A stretch of DNA of 64,000 nucleotides from an uncultured Chloroflexia bacterium (GCA_963726245.1 CAVSBT010000037.1:1-64000); one strand, 5' to 3'. Numbered from the stretch's first letter, positions 23,698-34,507 are shown. The notes: generated by a model not told the origin, from the letters alone. Numbers and translations are program-made.

Positions 23698-25116
23698 TCA
23701 GGACGGCCGTCCGCCACCCAAGACTTGAAGCTTCAGGAAGTTAGTGTGCACGCCTTTGATCAGGGGCGTCGAGCCGACGATGATCACCCGCCCTCCCCGC
23801 TCAAGGAGGCCGGCCCGCAGGAGCTCCTCCTCAGCGTGGCGGACCAGGGCGTCGGTGGTCTCCTGGTAGCGGGCCGGCCAGGGGCGCACCCCCCACCAGA
23901 GGACCAGCCTCCGCAGCACGGCCTCGTCTGGAGTCAAGGCGAAGATTGGCACGCACGGCCGGTCGGCGGAAAGGAGCCGGGCCGTGCGACCGGTGCGAGT
24001 CCAGGCCACGACGGCTTCGACATCCAGGTCACAGGCCAGGCTGCGGGCGGCCCGGCTCAGGGCGTGGGCTTCTGAGATGCGCCCCACCTGCGGGATCTCT
24101 TGTGGAGACCAGCCCGCCTCTGTCTCGCAGATGATGCGGTCGAGCATGGCGACCGCCTCCGTCGGATAGGCGCCGATGGCCGTCTCCGCCGAGAGCATGA
24201 GGGCATCGCTGCCGTCGATTACGGCGTTGGCGGCGTCGCTGGCCTCGGCCCGCGTGGGCAGGGGCTGGCGCACCATGCTGTCCAGCATCTGGGTAGCGGT
24301 GATGGCCAGCACGCCGCGCTCGTTGGCGGCGCGGATTATAGCCTTCTGGAGAAGCGGCACCTTCTCCAGCAAGACCTCCACTCCCAGGTCGCCGCGGGCC
24401 ACCATCACGCCATCGCAGGCGCGAAGGATCGAGGTCAGACGCTCCACGGCCTCCGGCTTCTCGAGCTTGGCGATGAGGCCGGTCGAGGCTCCCAGAGAGC
24501 GCAGGAAGCTCCTCGCCGCCCGCACGTCCTCAGGCCCGCGCACGAAGCTGAGGGCGACGTAGTCCACCCCCATCTCGACGCCGGCCCGCATGTCCGAGAG
24601 GTCCTTGTCGGTGGGCACCGAGACGCTCAAAGGCACCCCCGGCAGGTTGATCCCCTGGTGGGGCCTCAGGACGCCGCCGCGCACCACCTCCGTGCGCACG
24701 TCGAGGCCGTCGGTGGAGAGGACTCGCAGCTCGATGGCGCCGTCGGCCAGGAGGAGACGGCTGTCGGGACGCACATCCTTCGCCAGCTCAAGGTAGGTCG
24801 TCGAGACGGCGCTCGCATCGCCGGCCACGGCGCGGCCGGTGATGGTGAACTGAGCGCCCGCCTTGAGCTCGACCGACTCCGCGGCCAGGGGACCGGTGCG
24901 GATCTTGGGGCCCTGAAGGTCCTGGATGATGGCCAGAGGGCGCGCAAGCTCGGACGCGACCCTGCGGGCCCGTAGCAGCGACTCGCGGTGCTCATCCGCC
25001 GTGCCGTGCGAGAAGTTGAGACGGAGGGCGTCCGCGCCCGCCAGCAGGAGAGCGCGCAGCGCCTCCTCTGAGGCTGTGGCCGGGCCCACGGTGGCGATAA
25101 TCTTCGTTCTACGCAT
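23698..25116 (-). CDS. pyk: Pyruvate kinase
   Basis: RTKIIATVGP, RLNFSHG, DLQGPKIR, MVARGDLGVE, TQMLDSM and PTRAE. Confidence 0.98.
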   Translation of the reverse strand: MRRTKIIATVGPATASEEALRALLLAGADALRLNFSHGTADEHRESLLRARRVASELARPLAIIQDLQGPKIRTGPLAAESVELKAGAQFTITGRAVAGDASAVSTTYLELAKDVRPDSRLLLADGAIELRVLSTDGLDVRTEVVRGGVLRPHQGINLPGVPLSVSVPTDKDLSDMRAGVEMGVDYVALSFVRGPEDVRAARSFLRSLGASTGLIAKLEKPEAVERLTSILRACDGVMVARGDLGVEVLLEKVPLLQKAIIRAANERGVLAITATQMLDSMVRQPLPTRAEASDAANAVIDGSDALMLSAETAIGAYPTEAVAMLDRIICETEAGWSPQEIPQVGRISEAHALSRAARSLACDLDVEAVVAWTRTGRTARLLSADRPCVPIFALTPDEAVLRRLVLWWGVRPWPARYQETTDALVRHAEEELLRAGLLERGGRVIIVGSTPLIKGVHTNFLKLQVLGGGRPS

Positions 25117-25259
25117 GTCACATGGTCAGATGCTTTCGACAGTATACGACGGCGAGTCAAGCGAGGCTTAGCCGCGTTCGCTTGCGACAGCGACAAGGGT
25201 CATATATCTTGAGGACGCGGGCACTTAGTGTTCCCGCTCACAAGTCTGGAGGTTCTGTC

Positions 25260-26486
25260 ATGCGAGAAGTAGCCATCGTCGGCGCGGGGATGACCCGGTT
25301 CGGCAAGTTCCTGGACCGCAGCCTGAAGGACCTGGGCCGCGAGGCCGTCGAGACGGCGCTTTGCTCGGCCGGAGTGGAGAAGTCGCAGATAGAGGCGGCC
25401 GTGGTCGGCAACGCCGCAGCGGGCCTCATCACCGGCCAGGAGTGCATCCGCGGGCAGGTCATCCTGCGAGAGATGGGCCTCGGCGAGATACCGATCGTCA
25501 ACACGAGAACGCCTGCGCCAGCTCCTCCACCGCCTTCCACCTGGCCTGGCTGTACGTCGCCTCCGGCATGTACGACGTGGCGCTGGCTCTGGGCGTCGAG
25601 AAGCTCTACCACGAGGACAAGCGCCGCTCCTTCCAGGCCATCGGCGCCGCTCTAGACGTGGAGTGGGTGCAGCAGATCATGGCTCGCCTTGAGGAAGAGG
25701 CGGCCGCCAAGGCCAAGGAGCCCGCCGGGGCCGGCGCCGGCCAATCGCGCAGCATGTTCATGGACCTCTACGCCGCCCTGGCCCGCAACCACATGCAGAA
25801 GTACGGGACGACGAAGGAGCAGTTCGCGAAGGTGGCGGTGAAGAACCACTACCACGGCGTCGCTCAACCCGCACGCCCAGTACCGCGAGCGCTACACCCT
25901 TCAGGAGATTCTTGACTCGCCGCCGGTGACGGAGCCCCTCACCCGGCTCATGTGCTCGCCCATCGGCGACGGCGCCGCCGCCCTCATCCTCACCACGGCC
26001 GAGAAGGCCCGCCAGTTCACCAGCAAGCCCGTCCTCGTGCGGGCCTCCGTCCTCGGCTCCGGCAAGGACCTGGTCCCCGACGAGCCCACCGTCGGCGCCC
26101 GCGTGTCGCGCCGCGCCTACGAGGTGGCCGGCATCGGGCCCGAGGACCTGGACGTCGCCGAAGTGCACGACGCCACCGCGCCCGCTGAGGTCCTGATCTA
26201 CGAGGAACTGGGCCTCTGCCCACGGGGCGAGGGCGGCCGCCTTATCGACAGCGGCGACGTGCAGTTGGGAGGCAAGGTGCCGGTCAACGTCAGCGGCGGC
26301 CTGCTGTCGAAAGGCCATCCCATCGGCGCGACGGGCACTGCCCAGCTCTGCGAGATCTTCTGGCAGCTCCGCGGCGAGTGCGGCGACCGGCAGGTGGCAG
26401 GAGCCAGGGTCGGCCTCACCGAGAACGGCGGCGGCATGATCCGCGGCGACCTGGCGGCCCTGGCCATCCACATCCTCAGCGTGTAG
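25260..26486 (+). CDS. Thiolase family protein, SCP2/SCP-x type (frameshifts ~25505 and ~25860)
   Basis: ENACASSS, GVEK, CSPIGDGAAA, AEVHDA, NVSGGLLSKGHPIGATG and ENGGG. Confidence 0.9.
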
Positions 26487-26513
26487 AGGCCCACACCCGA
26501 AGAGAACCCACGC

Positions 26514-26542
26514 GTAGGGGCGCACGCGCCGTGCGCCCCTAC
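26514..26542. repeat. GTAG-type REP
   Basis: GTAGGGGCGCACGCGCCGTGCGCCCCTAC. Confidence 0.85.
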
Positions 26543-26636
26543 TCACTCACACATACGGGGCTATGGCTGGGCGGAGCTGCGCCACATCGACGAGGGGTGA
26601 GATAATGAGTGATTCATGACCAATGAGGTGACCACA

Positions 26637-27038
26637 ATGGCATACTTCCTCGCGAAAACCGATCCGCAGACCTACTCGATTGATGACCTCAAGCGCGATG
26701 GCAAGACGGAGTGGGACGGCGTACGGAATCCGGCAGCCGTCAACGCCATCAAGGCCATGAAACCCGGCGATACCGTGATCATCTACCATTCGCAGAGCGA
26801 CACAGCGGTGGTGGGCCTGGCGAAGGTCGTATCGCTGCCCCGGCCCGACGAGAACGATGCACGCTCCTGGGTCGCCGACTTCGAGTACGTGAGGCATGCC
26901 AAGCGGGCCGTAACGCTGCGGGAGATCAAGGACTCGCACAGATTCGACGACTGGGCGCTCGTGCGCCAGGGACGGTTGAGCACAATGTCGGCGCCGGCGG
27001 AGTTCTGGAAGTGGCTACAGGAACAAGGAGCGTTCTAA
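26637..27038 (+). CDS. EVE domain protein
   Basis: YFLAKTDP..YS, WDGVRN, M.PGD..IYHS and RQGRLS. Confidence 0.93.
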   Translation: MAYFLAKTDPQTYSIDDLKRDGKTEWDGVRNPAAVNAIKAMKPGDTVIIYHSQSDTAVVGLAKVVSLPRPDENDARSWVADFEYVRHAKRAVTLREIKDSHRFDDWALVRQGRLSTMSAPAEFWKWLQEQGAF

Positions 27039-27103
27039 CGTTCCCACGAAGGCCGGTGGCGAGCTTGAGCTCGCCTCTACGGTGATCGCCGCATCGACCG
27101 CTG

Positions 27104-27191
27104 ATGGTTCGACAGGCTCACCATGAGCGGAGTCTAAGAACCGCTCGTCCTGAGCCTGTCGAAGGACGGGCGGCGACCTTTTCAGCACCCT
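27104..27191. repeat. TTCGAC.GGCTCA-type palindromic repeat
   Basis: TGGTTCGACAGGCTCACCATGAGCGG ... CCGCTCGTCCTGAGCCTGTCGAAGG plus a shared tail; copies at 34508-34601 and 60523-60650. Confidence 0.8.
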
Positions 27192-27225
27192 CCCAAGGTC
27201 CCAAAGTTCTAAGGTTCCAGGTCCC

Positions 27226-28798
27226 CTACGCCACCGCCTCCGCCACGAGGCCGACGCGGACAGGCACGATGGCTGGCTCGGCAGGCTCGCCGGCGGCCGC
27301 CTCGCGCAGCCCCTCCAGTTGCTCACCCATCCAGGTCAGCAAGGGACCTCTCGATGATGGCGGAGCGCAGCACCCTTGCGCGCCGCCTTCGCTCTGCGGC
27401 CGGCATCTCGAGCGCCTGCCAGAGAGCTTCGGCGGTGCCCTTCGTGTCCTGGGGGTTCACAGCCAGGGCGCCGTCTCCGAGCTCCTCGAAGGAGCCGGCT
27501 CTGGTCGAAAGGACGAGGACGCCATCACGCTGGTTTACCGCCGGCCCCTCCTTGGCCACCAGGTTCATCCCGTCGGCCAGGGAGTTGACCAGGAGCACAT
27601 CGTAGAGTGTCATGCCGGCCAGCGCCTGATGGAAGTTGTTCTCATAGAAGACCTCGATGGGTCGCCAGGACTCGTCCCCATGGCGGGCGTTGATTCGGTC
27701 CACCAGGCGGAAGACCCGGTCCGCATAGCGGCGGTACTCGGGAATGCCGGTGCGCGTCGGCACCAGGAAGGCCAGGAACTTCACCCGTCCCCGCAGCTCC
27801 GGGTGCCGGCGCAGGAGCATATCGAAGGCCTGGAATCCCCTAAGTACGTTCTTGCTGGGGTCCACCCGGTCGACGCGGACGATCGTACGCTCGCCGGCCA
27901 GCCGTTCCAGCTTCCCCAGATAGCTCTGCGTCTGGGGCGAGGCCGCCTGTCGCTGGAGGTGGTCCGGGTCTACGGATATGGCGCCGCTCCGCACCCTGAC
28001 GCGCCGCCCGTCATAGCTCACCACTGCCTTCTCGAAGTCGATGATGGCGCCGCGTACATAGTCGTAGCACGTCAAGAGGAAGTTGTTGACGGAGGTCTGG
28101 GTCTGGAAACGGACGACGTCGTTGGCCAGCAGGCCATCGCAGATGGCATCGGTAACATGCCAGGGCATGTCGGTCCAGGCGTGAGGCTCGGGCCAGGGGA
28201 CGTGAACGAAGTGCTGGAGGACGGCGCCCGGCGCCTTCTCGCGGATATAACGGCCTGCGAGGTAGAGGTGATAGTCCTGGAGAAGGGCGACGCCGGCGCT
28301 GCCTGGGCGGCGCAGCTCCTCGACAACGGCGTCGGCGAAGGCGCGGTTGACGGGCACGTAGCCCTCCTCCCAAGCCTTCTCCAGCCGGTCCCAGAGACGG
28401 CGCCCGCGCAGGCCTCCCAGCATGGAGTGCTGAAGAAACCATAGAATAGGATTGCTGAAGACGTTGTAGTGAAGCTGATAGGCTCGCCGGTCGGGCACCA
28501 CGAAGCGCACCCGACAATCGACAGCCCGGCTTTCCTCCGGTGACGGGCCCCCGCCTGCGGCCACGCGCCGGTCGGCCTCGGTCATGGCGGCGGCCACCCA
28601 GGTGAAGTCGGACAGGCGAGCCAGCGTCGAGAGGGCGGTGACCACGCCGCCGCACCCTATGCGATACGTGGGCCTTCGGCCACATCCCTCATCGTACTCT
28701 AGCGGTCCCCGGTTGCTGGCGATTACCAGGCGTTTGCCCCCGAACAGGTCGACGCATTGGTGTCGTAAGTCCGGCTCTCGGCCTGTGGTGAGATTCAA
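27226..28798 (-). CDS. otsA: Trehalose-6-phosphate synthase (frameshift near the C-terminus, ~27335)
   Basis: ASNRGP, GGVVTAL, QDYHL, HFVHVPWP, RVDRVDPSKN and DGMNLVAKE. Confidence 0.95.
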
Positions 28799-28800
28799 AG

Positions 28801-29121
28801 CTAGGCCTCCCTTCCTGCCGCCTGTCCTACCGGTTGCCGACCGTCCCGATGGCCGTTCCGCTGCCGCCCTTGCCGGCGATACTGGATGAGCGCTTCCAGA
28901 AGGGAGCGGAGAGCGGGACGGGATTCGAGGACGGGCCGCAGCTTCTCCCGCAACTCCAGGAGCTCACCGGCGGGAAGCTGAAGCACGTATGCCAGGGGGT
29001 CACCCTCCGGCAGTACCGCCACCACCTCCTCGTTCCGGAGGACCACTGTCTCCGTTACTTCGCGCTGCACCTTCTCTGTGAGAGCGCTCCTCTTCGTCTG
29101 GATCTGCACACGGTCCCGCAT
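28801..29121 (-). CDS. Hypothetical protein within the ots operon
   Basis: GGGAGG RBS; fills the gap between otsB and otsA exactly. Confidence 0.7.
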   Translation of the reverse strand: MRDRVQIQTKRSALTEKVQREVTETVVLRNEEVVAVLPEGDPLAYVLQLPAGELLELREKLRPVLESRPALRSLLEALIQYRRQGRQRNGHRDGRQPVGQAAGREA

Positions 29122-29153
29122 GTTTACCTCCCTGCCGCCAATCCGCCGTCTGA

Positions 29154-29993
29154 TCAGTCCAAGGTCTCGGCAAGATCCTGAAGGAAGGCCGCCACCTCCT
29201 CAGGTCCCGCCAGCGTCACGTCCGCCTTCTCATTCAGGTCGGGGGGCGACTCCTGGCCCGCCACTCCGACCGACAGTGTCAGGAGACCATCCCTCTGCCG
29301 CAGCCGGGCCACGGTCTCGAAGGCGTGCAGGTCCGGGAAGTCATCGCCCAGGTAGACCAGGCCCCGGAGGCCGTGGCTGCGGACAAGCTCCTCCAGGCAG
29401 GCGCCTTTCCCGGCCCAGTACGGGGGCATGAGCTCCACCACACTCTTCCCCTCTCCCACGGTCAGACCGTGACGGGCGGCCGCTCGCGATGCCGCCGCCA
29501 GCACCAGCGACCGCGCCGATTCCGGGTCGGGGGCCAAGCGATAGTGAATGGAAAAAGTCGCGCCTTTGTCCTCGAAACGCAGGCCCGGCTGTCCGGCAAG
29601 GGCTTCTCTCAAGTCCCGCAGGGCCAGCCGGAGCCCTCTCGAGGCTGCGTTCACCTGTTCCACAGGCGGGCTCGCCGGCCCCTTGCCGCCTGCCCAGGGG
29701 TCGAGTCCGTGGTTGCCGAGGTAGACAACCCCCTCCAGGTTCAGCAGCCTTCTCGCCTCGCCGGCCGGTCGTCCGGAGAGAACGGCCACCAGGCCAAGGC
29801 GGTCCCGCAGGCTATGCAGGGCGTGCCGGCAACCCGGCAGCACGGAGGCCTCCTCCGGCGTTGGGGCGATGGGGCTGAGGGTGCCGTCGAGGTCCGTTAC
29901 GAGGGCGGAGGGATGGACGCGCAGGACCTGGGCCGCAAGGACACAGGCCTGCTGCACAGCAAGGTTGAGCGGATGCGGTTGCATCGTCTTCAC
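29154..29993 (-). CDS. otsB: Trehalose-6-phosphate phosphatase
   Basis: DLDGTLSPI, LSGR, GNHG, EDKG, HYR and GDDFPD HAD motifs. Confidence 0.95.
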   Translation of the reverse strand: MKTMQPHPLNLAVQQACVLAAQVLRVHPSALVTDLDGTLSPIAPTPEEASVLPGCRHALHSLRDRLGLVAVLSGRPAGEARRLLNLEGVVYLGNHGLDPWAGGKGPASPPVEQVNAASRGLRLALRDLREALAGQPGLRFEDKGATFSIHYRLAPDPESARSLVLAAASRAAARHGLTVGEGKSVVELMPPYWAGKGACLEELVRSHGLRGLVYLGDDFPDLHAFETVARLRQRDGLLTLSVGVAGQESPPDLNEKADVTLAGPEEVAAFLQDLAETLD

Positions 29994-30059
29994 GGCAGGC
30001 TGCGGCGGACTTCCTTCCCAACCGCGGCGGGGGCAACGCCAACCGTGCCAACGCGGGGC

Positions 30060-30094
30060 AAGAATTAAGGCCGGAGGACCACTCCTCCGGCCTT
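30060..30094 (-). terminator. Intrinsic terminator (riboswitch expression platform)
   Basis: AAGGCCGGAGG/CCTCCGGCCTT stem followed by AATTCTT, between the aptamer and otsB. Confidence 0.75.
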
Positions 30095-30111
30095 ACAGCC
30101 TTGCGGGAAGC

Positions 30112-30245
30112 CAGTCCTCTTTCAGTGGCCTACGGGGTTAGCTGTCGGGTTAGGGCTGAAAGAGACTGCCCTTCCTGCCCCTGCAGGATTCACCCCGGAT
30201 TGCTGTGGGTCCCCCGTTCCCGCTATCGCGGGACTCGGCCATAAA
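30112..30245 (-). ncRNA. c-di-AMP riboswitch (ydaO-yuaA class)
   Basis: Minus strand GCCGAGTCCC..GGGAACGGGGGACCCA..GGGGTGAATCC..AGGG..CCCTAACCCGACAGCTAACCCCGTAGGC matches the ydaO consensus blocks. Confidence 0.92.
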
Positions 30246-30254
30246 CCAAAGATT

Positions 30255-30284
30255 AGACTACCATGGCGCCTGAAAGGCTGTCAA
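30255..30284 (-). promoter_or_regulatory. sigma70 promoter of the riboswitch-ots operon
   Basis: TTGACA, 18 bp, then TAGTCT with TGn extension, just upstream of the aptamer. Confidence 0.75.
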
Positions 30285-30420
30285 CCAGACGAAGATACTG
30301 TACGTGCGCGCGCTTCGCCTGATAGTGGCGAGGAAAAAGCGCTGAGCAGGCGGCGGGCGCTCCCTGATAGTGACCGGCGCATTCTTGGTGGGCGCCCGGC
30401 CGCAACACAGGGCTGGCAGC

Positions 30421-30493
30421 GCTTTGCATCCCACCCGTAGGGGCGCGCGGGCCGTGCGCCCCTACCCAGGGCGGACCCAAGGCCGACCCCTAC
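30421..30493. repeat. GTAG-type REP cluster
   Basis: GCTTTGCATCCCACCC + GTAGGGGCGC..GCGCCCCTAC + a second unit ending in CCCCTAC. Confidence 0.8.
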
Positions 30494-30693
30494 GAGGTTC
30501 ATCTCCCTGCCGGGAGTGAAGGCCGACGCCAGACTGGGAGACTGTCAGCGGACAGGGAACGGATTCAGGCCCCCTGGAGCCCATCTCGGTGAAGGGGCTC
30601 CTCTACCCCCAAGCCCCGACATCGTCTAAAATCATCGGGCGAGAGACCCAAGCGCAAAGTTCGACATCAGCTATCTGGGCAGGAGGCCGGTCT

Positions 30694-31788
30694 ATGGCAA
30701 CCATAAGCGTAATTAAGGCTGACATCGGCGGATACGTTGGTCACTCCTCCATGCACCCGGACCTACTGGACACCGCCCGTGAGGAGTTGGAGAAGGCGAA
30801 ACAGAAGGGCACTATTGTCGACTTCTTCCCCGGCCACTGTGGCGACGACCTCTTCCTCATCATGACCCACGAGCGCGGCGTTAACGATACCGAGGTGCAT
30901 ACGCTGGCCTGGAACACCTTCTTAAAAGGCACCGAGGTGGCCAAGAAGCTCGGGCTGTACGGCGCCGGCCAGGACCTCCTCTCCGACGCCTTCTCGGGCA
31001 ACATCCGCGGCATGGGGCCGGGCTCTGCGGAGATGGAGATAGACGCGAGGCCCTCGGAGCCGATATTCGTCTTCATGGGCGACAAGACCTCCGCCGGCTC
31101 CTTTAACTTCCCGCTCTACAAGATGTTCGCCGACCCCTTCAACACGGCGGGGCTGGTGATCGCCGACGCCTTGCACAGCGGCTTCACCTTTGAGGTGCAC
31201 GACATCGTCAACCACCGCAAGATTAGGTTCAACGCGCCCGAAGAGATCTACGACATGCTGGTCTTCATGGGGTCGCCGTCGCACTTCTGCGTGAAGTCGG
31301 TCTACAGCCGTGCAACCGGCAACATCGCCGCCGTCTCCAGCACCGACAAGCTGTCCCTCATCGCCGGGCGCTACGTCGGCAAGGACGACCCCACCTGCGT
31401 TGTCCGCTCCCAGGGCGAGTTCCCGGCCGTCGGCGAGGTGCTGGAGCCCTTCTCCCTGCCGATCCTCGTCGAGGGCTGGATGCGCGGCTCTCACCAGGGC
31501 CCCTGGATGCCCTGCGCCGTCCGCGACGCCAACCCCTCGCGCTTCGACGGTCCGCCGCGCATCGTCTGCCTGGGCTTCCAGCTCACCAAGGGCAAGCTTG
31601 TCGGGCCGCGCGACATGTTCGACGACCCCGCCTTCGAGCCGGCGCGGCGCCAGGCCGCCGAGATCGCCGACTACATGCGGCGCCACGGCCCGTTCGAGCC
31701 CCACCGGCTGCCCCTGGAGGAGATGGAGTACACCACCATGCCGGCGGTGGCGGCCAAGCTCGGCGACCGCTGGGAGCCGCTGGACTGA
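30694..31788 (+). CDS. fbp: Bifunctional fructose-1,6-bisphosphate aldolase/phosphatase (class V)
   Basis: IKADIGG, GDD, LYGAGQDLLSDAFSGN, FADPFNTAGL, YVGKDDP, GWMRGSH, FDGPPR and MEYTT. Confidence 0.97.
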   Translation: MATISVIKADIGGYVGHSSMHPDLLDTAREELEKAKQKGTIVDFFPGHCGDDLFLIMTHERGVNDTEVHTLAWNTFLKGTEVAKKLGLYGAGQDLLSDAFSGNIRGMGPGSAEMEIDARPSEPIFVFMGDKTSAGSFNFPLYKMFADPFNTAGLVIADALHSGFTFEVHDIVNHRKIRFNAPEEIYDMLVFMGSPSHFCVKSVYSRATGNIAAVSSTDKLSLIAGRYVGKDDPTCVVRSQGEFPAVGEVLEPFSLPILVEGWMRGSHQGPWMPCAVRDANPSRFDGPPRIVCLGFQLTKGKLVGPRDMFDDPAFEPARRQAAEIADYMRRHGPFEPHRLPLEEMEYTTMPAVAAKLGDRWEPLD

Positions 31789-31790
31789 CG

Positions 31791-32406
31791 GTGGCGAAGC
31801 ACCGCCTGCTCCTAGCCACCAACAACCCCGGCAAGGCAGCCGAGTACCGGGAACTGCTGGCGGACGCCGGCTGGGAGCTGGTGACGCCTCGTGACCTGGG
31901 TCTTCACCTGGATGTGGAAGAGGTCGGCGGCGGCTACGCCGAGAATGCTAGAATAAAGGCGGAGGCCTTCGCGAAGGCCAGCGGGCTGGTAGCCCTGGCC
32001 GATGACTCGGGAATTGAAGTGGACGCGCTGGGCGGCGCGCCCGGCCCGCTCTCGGCCCGTTTCGGCGGCGAGAACGCCAGCGACCAGCAGCGGGTGGCCC
32101 TCCTCCTGGAGCGACTGAAGGGGGTACCGCCCGAGAGACGTTCGGCCCGCTTTCGTCTGCCTCATCGCCGTCGCCCGGCCGCAGGGAGAGGTCAGCCTCT
32201 TCGAGGGCCGGTGCGAGGGGCAGGTGGCGGAGGAGCCCCGAGGCGAGGGCGGCTTCGGCTACGACCCCGTCTTCCTGCTGCCGGAGCGCGGGCTCACCAT
32301 CGCGGAGCTGCCTCCCGAAGAGAAGAATACCGTCAGCCACCGAGGGCGTGCCGCCCGCCAGGCGAAGGCCCTCCTAGAAGGGCTGCTTCGTGAGTGTCGA
32401 GCCTGA
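31791..32406 (+). CDS. rdgB: Non-canonical purine NTP pyrophosphatase (frameshift ~32155)
   Basis: ATNNPGK, ENA.IKA, ADDSG, GFGYDPVF and KN.VSHR. Confidence 0.93.
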
Positions 32407-33427
32407 GTTCATACCCCTGACACCCCTGGTCGACCCCTTCCAGCGCGTCATCAGCTACCTGCGCGTCTCCGTCACCGACCGCTGCAACCTGCGCTGCGTC
32501 TACTGCATGCCCGAGGAGGGCATCGAGTTCCAGCCGCGTACGGAGATCCTTAGCTACGAGGAGATCCTGACCATTGTGCGGATGGGCGCCTCTATGGGGC
32601 TGCGCAAGGTGCGCCTCACCGGCGGCGAGCCCCTGGTGCGCCACGGCATCGCGGACCTGGTGGCCATGATCGACGGCGTCCCCGGCATCGAGGACATTTC
32701 CCTCACCACCAACGGCATCGCGCTGTCGCGGATGGCGGAGGACCTGGCGCGGGCCGGCCTGCGACGGGTCAACGTCAGCCTGGACACCCTGCGGCCGGAG
32801 CGCTTCCACGAGATCACCCGCTGGGGCCGCTACGAAGACGTGGTGGAGGGCATCGCCGCCGCGCGGGCGGCCGGCCTCTCGCCCATCAAGATCAACGTCG
32901 TCGTCATGCGCCAGATCAACGACGACGAGGTGCTGGACTTCGCCCGCTCCACCTACGAGCAGGACTGGGACGTCCGCTTCATCGAGCTGATGCCCTTCAT
33001 GGACGAGCAGGAGACCTGCATCAAGGACACCTCCCTGGTGCTGGGCTTCGTGCCCACGGAGGAGATCAAGCAGCAGATCGAAAAGGAGCTGGGCCCGCTC
33101 GAGCCCTCCCAGACGGCGGCGGGCTACGGTCCGGCGCGCTACTTCAAGCTGCGAGGCGCGAAGGGCAACATCGGCTTCATCAGCCCCCTCACCGAGAAGC
33201 ACTTCTGTGAGACCTGCAACCGCATGCGCCTCACCGCCGACGGCAAGATACGCCCCTGCCTGCTCACCGACCACGAGGTGGACCTGAAGTCCATCCTCCG
33301 CGGCGGCGGCGGCGACGAGGCGCTGCGGCAGGGCATCCTGGAAGCGCTCCGCACCAAGCCCGACGCCCACCACCTGACCGACGGCAACCGCCCGCGCTGG
33401 CGGAAGATGATCCAGATCGGGGGCTGA
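32390..33427 (+). CDS. moaA: GTP 3',8-cyclase
   Basis: YLRVSVTDRCNLRCVYC, TGGEP, FCETCNRMRLTADG..C and the C-terminal IGG. Confidence 0.97.
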   Translation: MSVEPEFIPLTPLVDPFQRVISYLRVSVTDRCNLRCVYCMPEEGIEFQPRTEILSYEEILTIVRMGASMGLRKVRLTGGEPLVRHGIADLVAMIDGVPGIEDISLTTNGIALSRMAEDLARAGLRRVNVSLDTLRPERFHEITRWGRYEDVVEGIAAARAAGLSPIKINVVVMRQINDDEVLDFARSTYEQDWDVRFIELMPFMDEQETCIKDTSLVLGFVPTEEIKQQIEKELGPLEPSQTAAGYGPARYFKLRGAKGNIGFISPLTEKHFCETCNRMRLTADGKIRPCLLTDHEVDLKSILRGGGGDEALRQGILEALRTKPDAHHLTDGNRPRWRKMIQIGG

Positions 33428-33436
33428 GGCGGGACG

Positions 33437-33960
33437 ATGGGGATCGGCCACTCGCGCATAAGCCGGAGCGGCTGGGCTAATCCGGGAAGCGCCGGTGTTC
33501 TACGTGGCGAGCGTGAGCGCCCGACCTCAATCAGGGCCTGCGGGCCAGGGCCCAGCTGGACCTCTCGCCGAGGGGCGGCTCGCCTCTGCACATCATCGAT
33601 GAGCGACGCGTGGCCTAGCTATGATTCAGGGGCAGCGGCGACGAGACCGGCCGGCACTCGGCCGCCGAGTGGATGCCCATCACGATCATGGTGATGTCGA
33701 CCGGTGCGCGCGACGCGGCCATAGTGCGTCTCTACGGAGATGCGACGGTGGCCCCGCTAGAGGAATCGCCCCTCGCTGATCTGCTGCGCGCCTCAGCGGC
33801 CGAGCACCTGGGGCTGCCTGAGCGCCAGGTAGTCGACGTGGACGATAGAGGGCCACCCAGACGAGCTGTGGCTACTGGAGATGTAGATCCAGCAGTCTTC
33901 GAGTCGTCTCGCAGCGGATGTGCCTCACAGCGCGAGGCGGCCGTCGATTCAAGCAGCCAG
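33437..33960 (+). pseudogene. Decayed pyridoxamine 5'-phosphate oxidase-like FMN-binding gene
   Basis: Fragments across frames (PVFYVAS, LSPRGG..IIDERRVA*, GSGDET, ITIM...RLYG, TSCGY) with internal stops. Confidence 0.6.
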
Positions 33961-34005
33961 CTTGACTCTGTCAGCTTCAGCGGCGACCTGTGCTAAAGTG
34001 ACGTC

Positions 34006-34491
34006 ATGGCTGAGAAGAGACGCCTCACCCACCTCGATTCCGCCGGGCGCGCGCGCATGGTGGACGTGAGCGCCAAGGCGGACACGGCCCGCGTGGCCGT
34101 GGCCCGCGGCAGCGTGCGCATGCGGCCGGAGACGCTGGCCCTCATCCAGTCCGGCCGCGTGGAGAAGGGCGACGTGCTGGCCGTGGCCCGCCTCGCCGGC
34201 GTCATGGCCGCCAAGAAGACCCACGAGCTCATCCCCCTCTGCCACCCTCTCCTCCTCACCGACATCGACGTGCAGATCAGCCCCGACGAAGCCGAGAGCG
34301 CCGTCCACATCGAGGCCACTGTGCGCAGCACGGGCAAGACGGGCGTGGAGATGGAGGCGCTGACGGCGGTGGCGGTGGCCGCCCTCACCGTCTACGACAT
34401 GTGCAAGGCCGCCGACCGCGCCATGCGCATCGAGGGCGTGCGGCTGGTGAGGAAGAGCGGCGGCAAGAGCGGCGAGATCGTCCTCGAGTAG
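34006..34491 (+). CDS. moaC: Cyclic pyranopterin monophosphate synthase
   Basis: [26 protein letters not shown] and YDMCKA. TGnTAAAGT 6 bp before the ATG suggests a leaderless mRNA. Confidence 0.97.
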   Translation: MAEKRRLTHLDSAGRARMVDVSAKADTARVAVARGSVRMRPETLALIQSGRVEKGDVLAVARLAGVMAAKKTHELIPLCHPLLLTDIDVQISPDEAESAVHIEATVRSTGKTGVEMEALTAVAVAALTVYDMCKAADRAMRIEGVRLVRKSGGKSGEIVLE

Positions 34492-34507
34492 GTTGGCGGC
34501 CAAGGGG

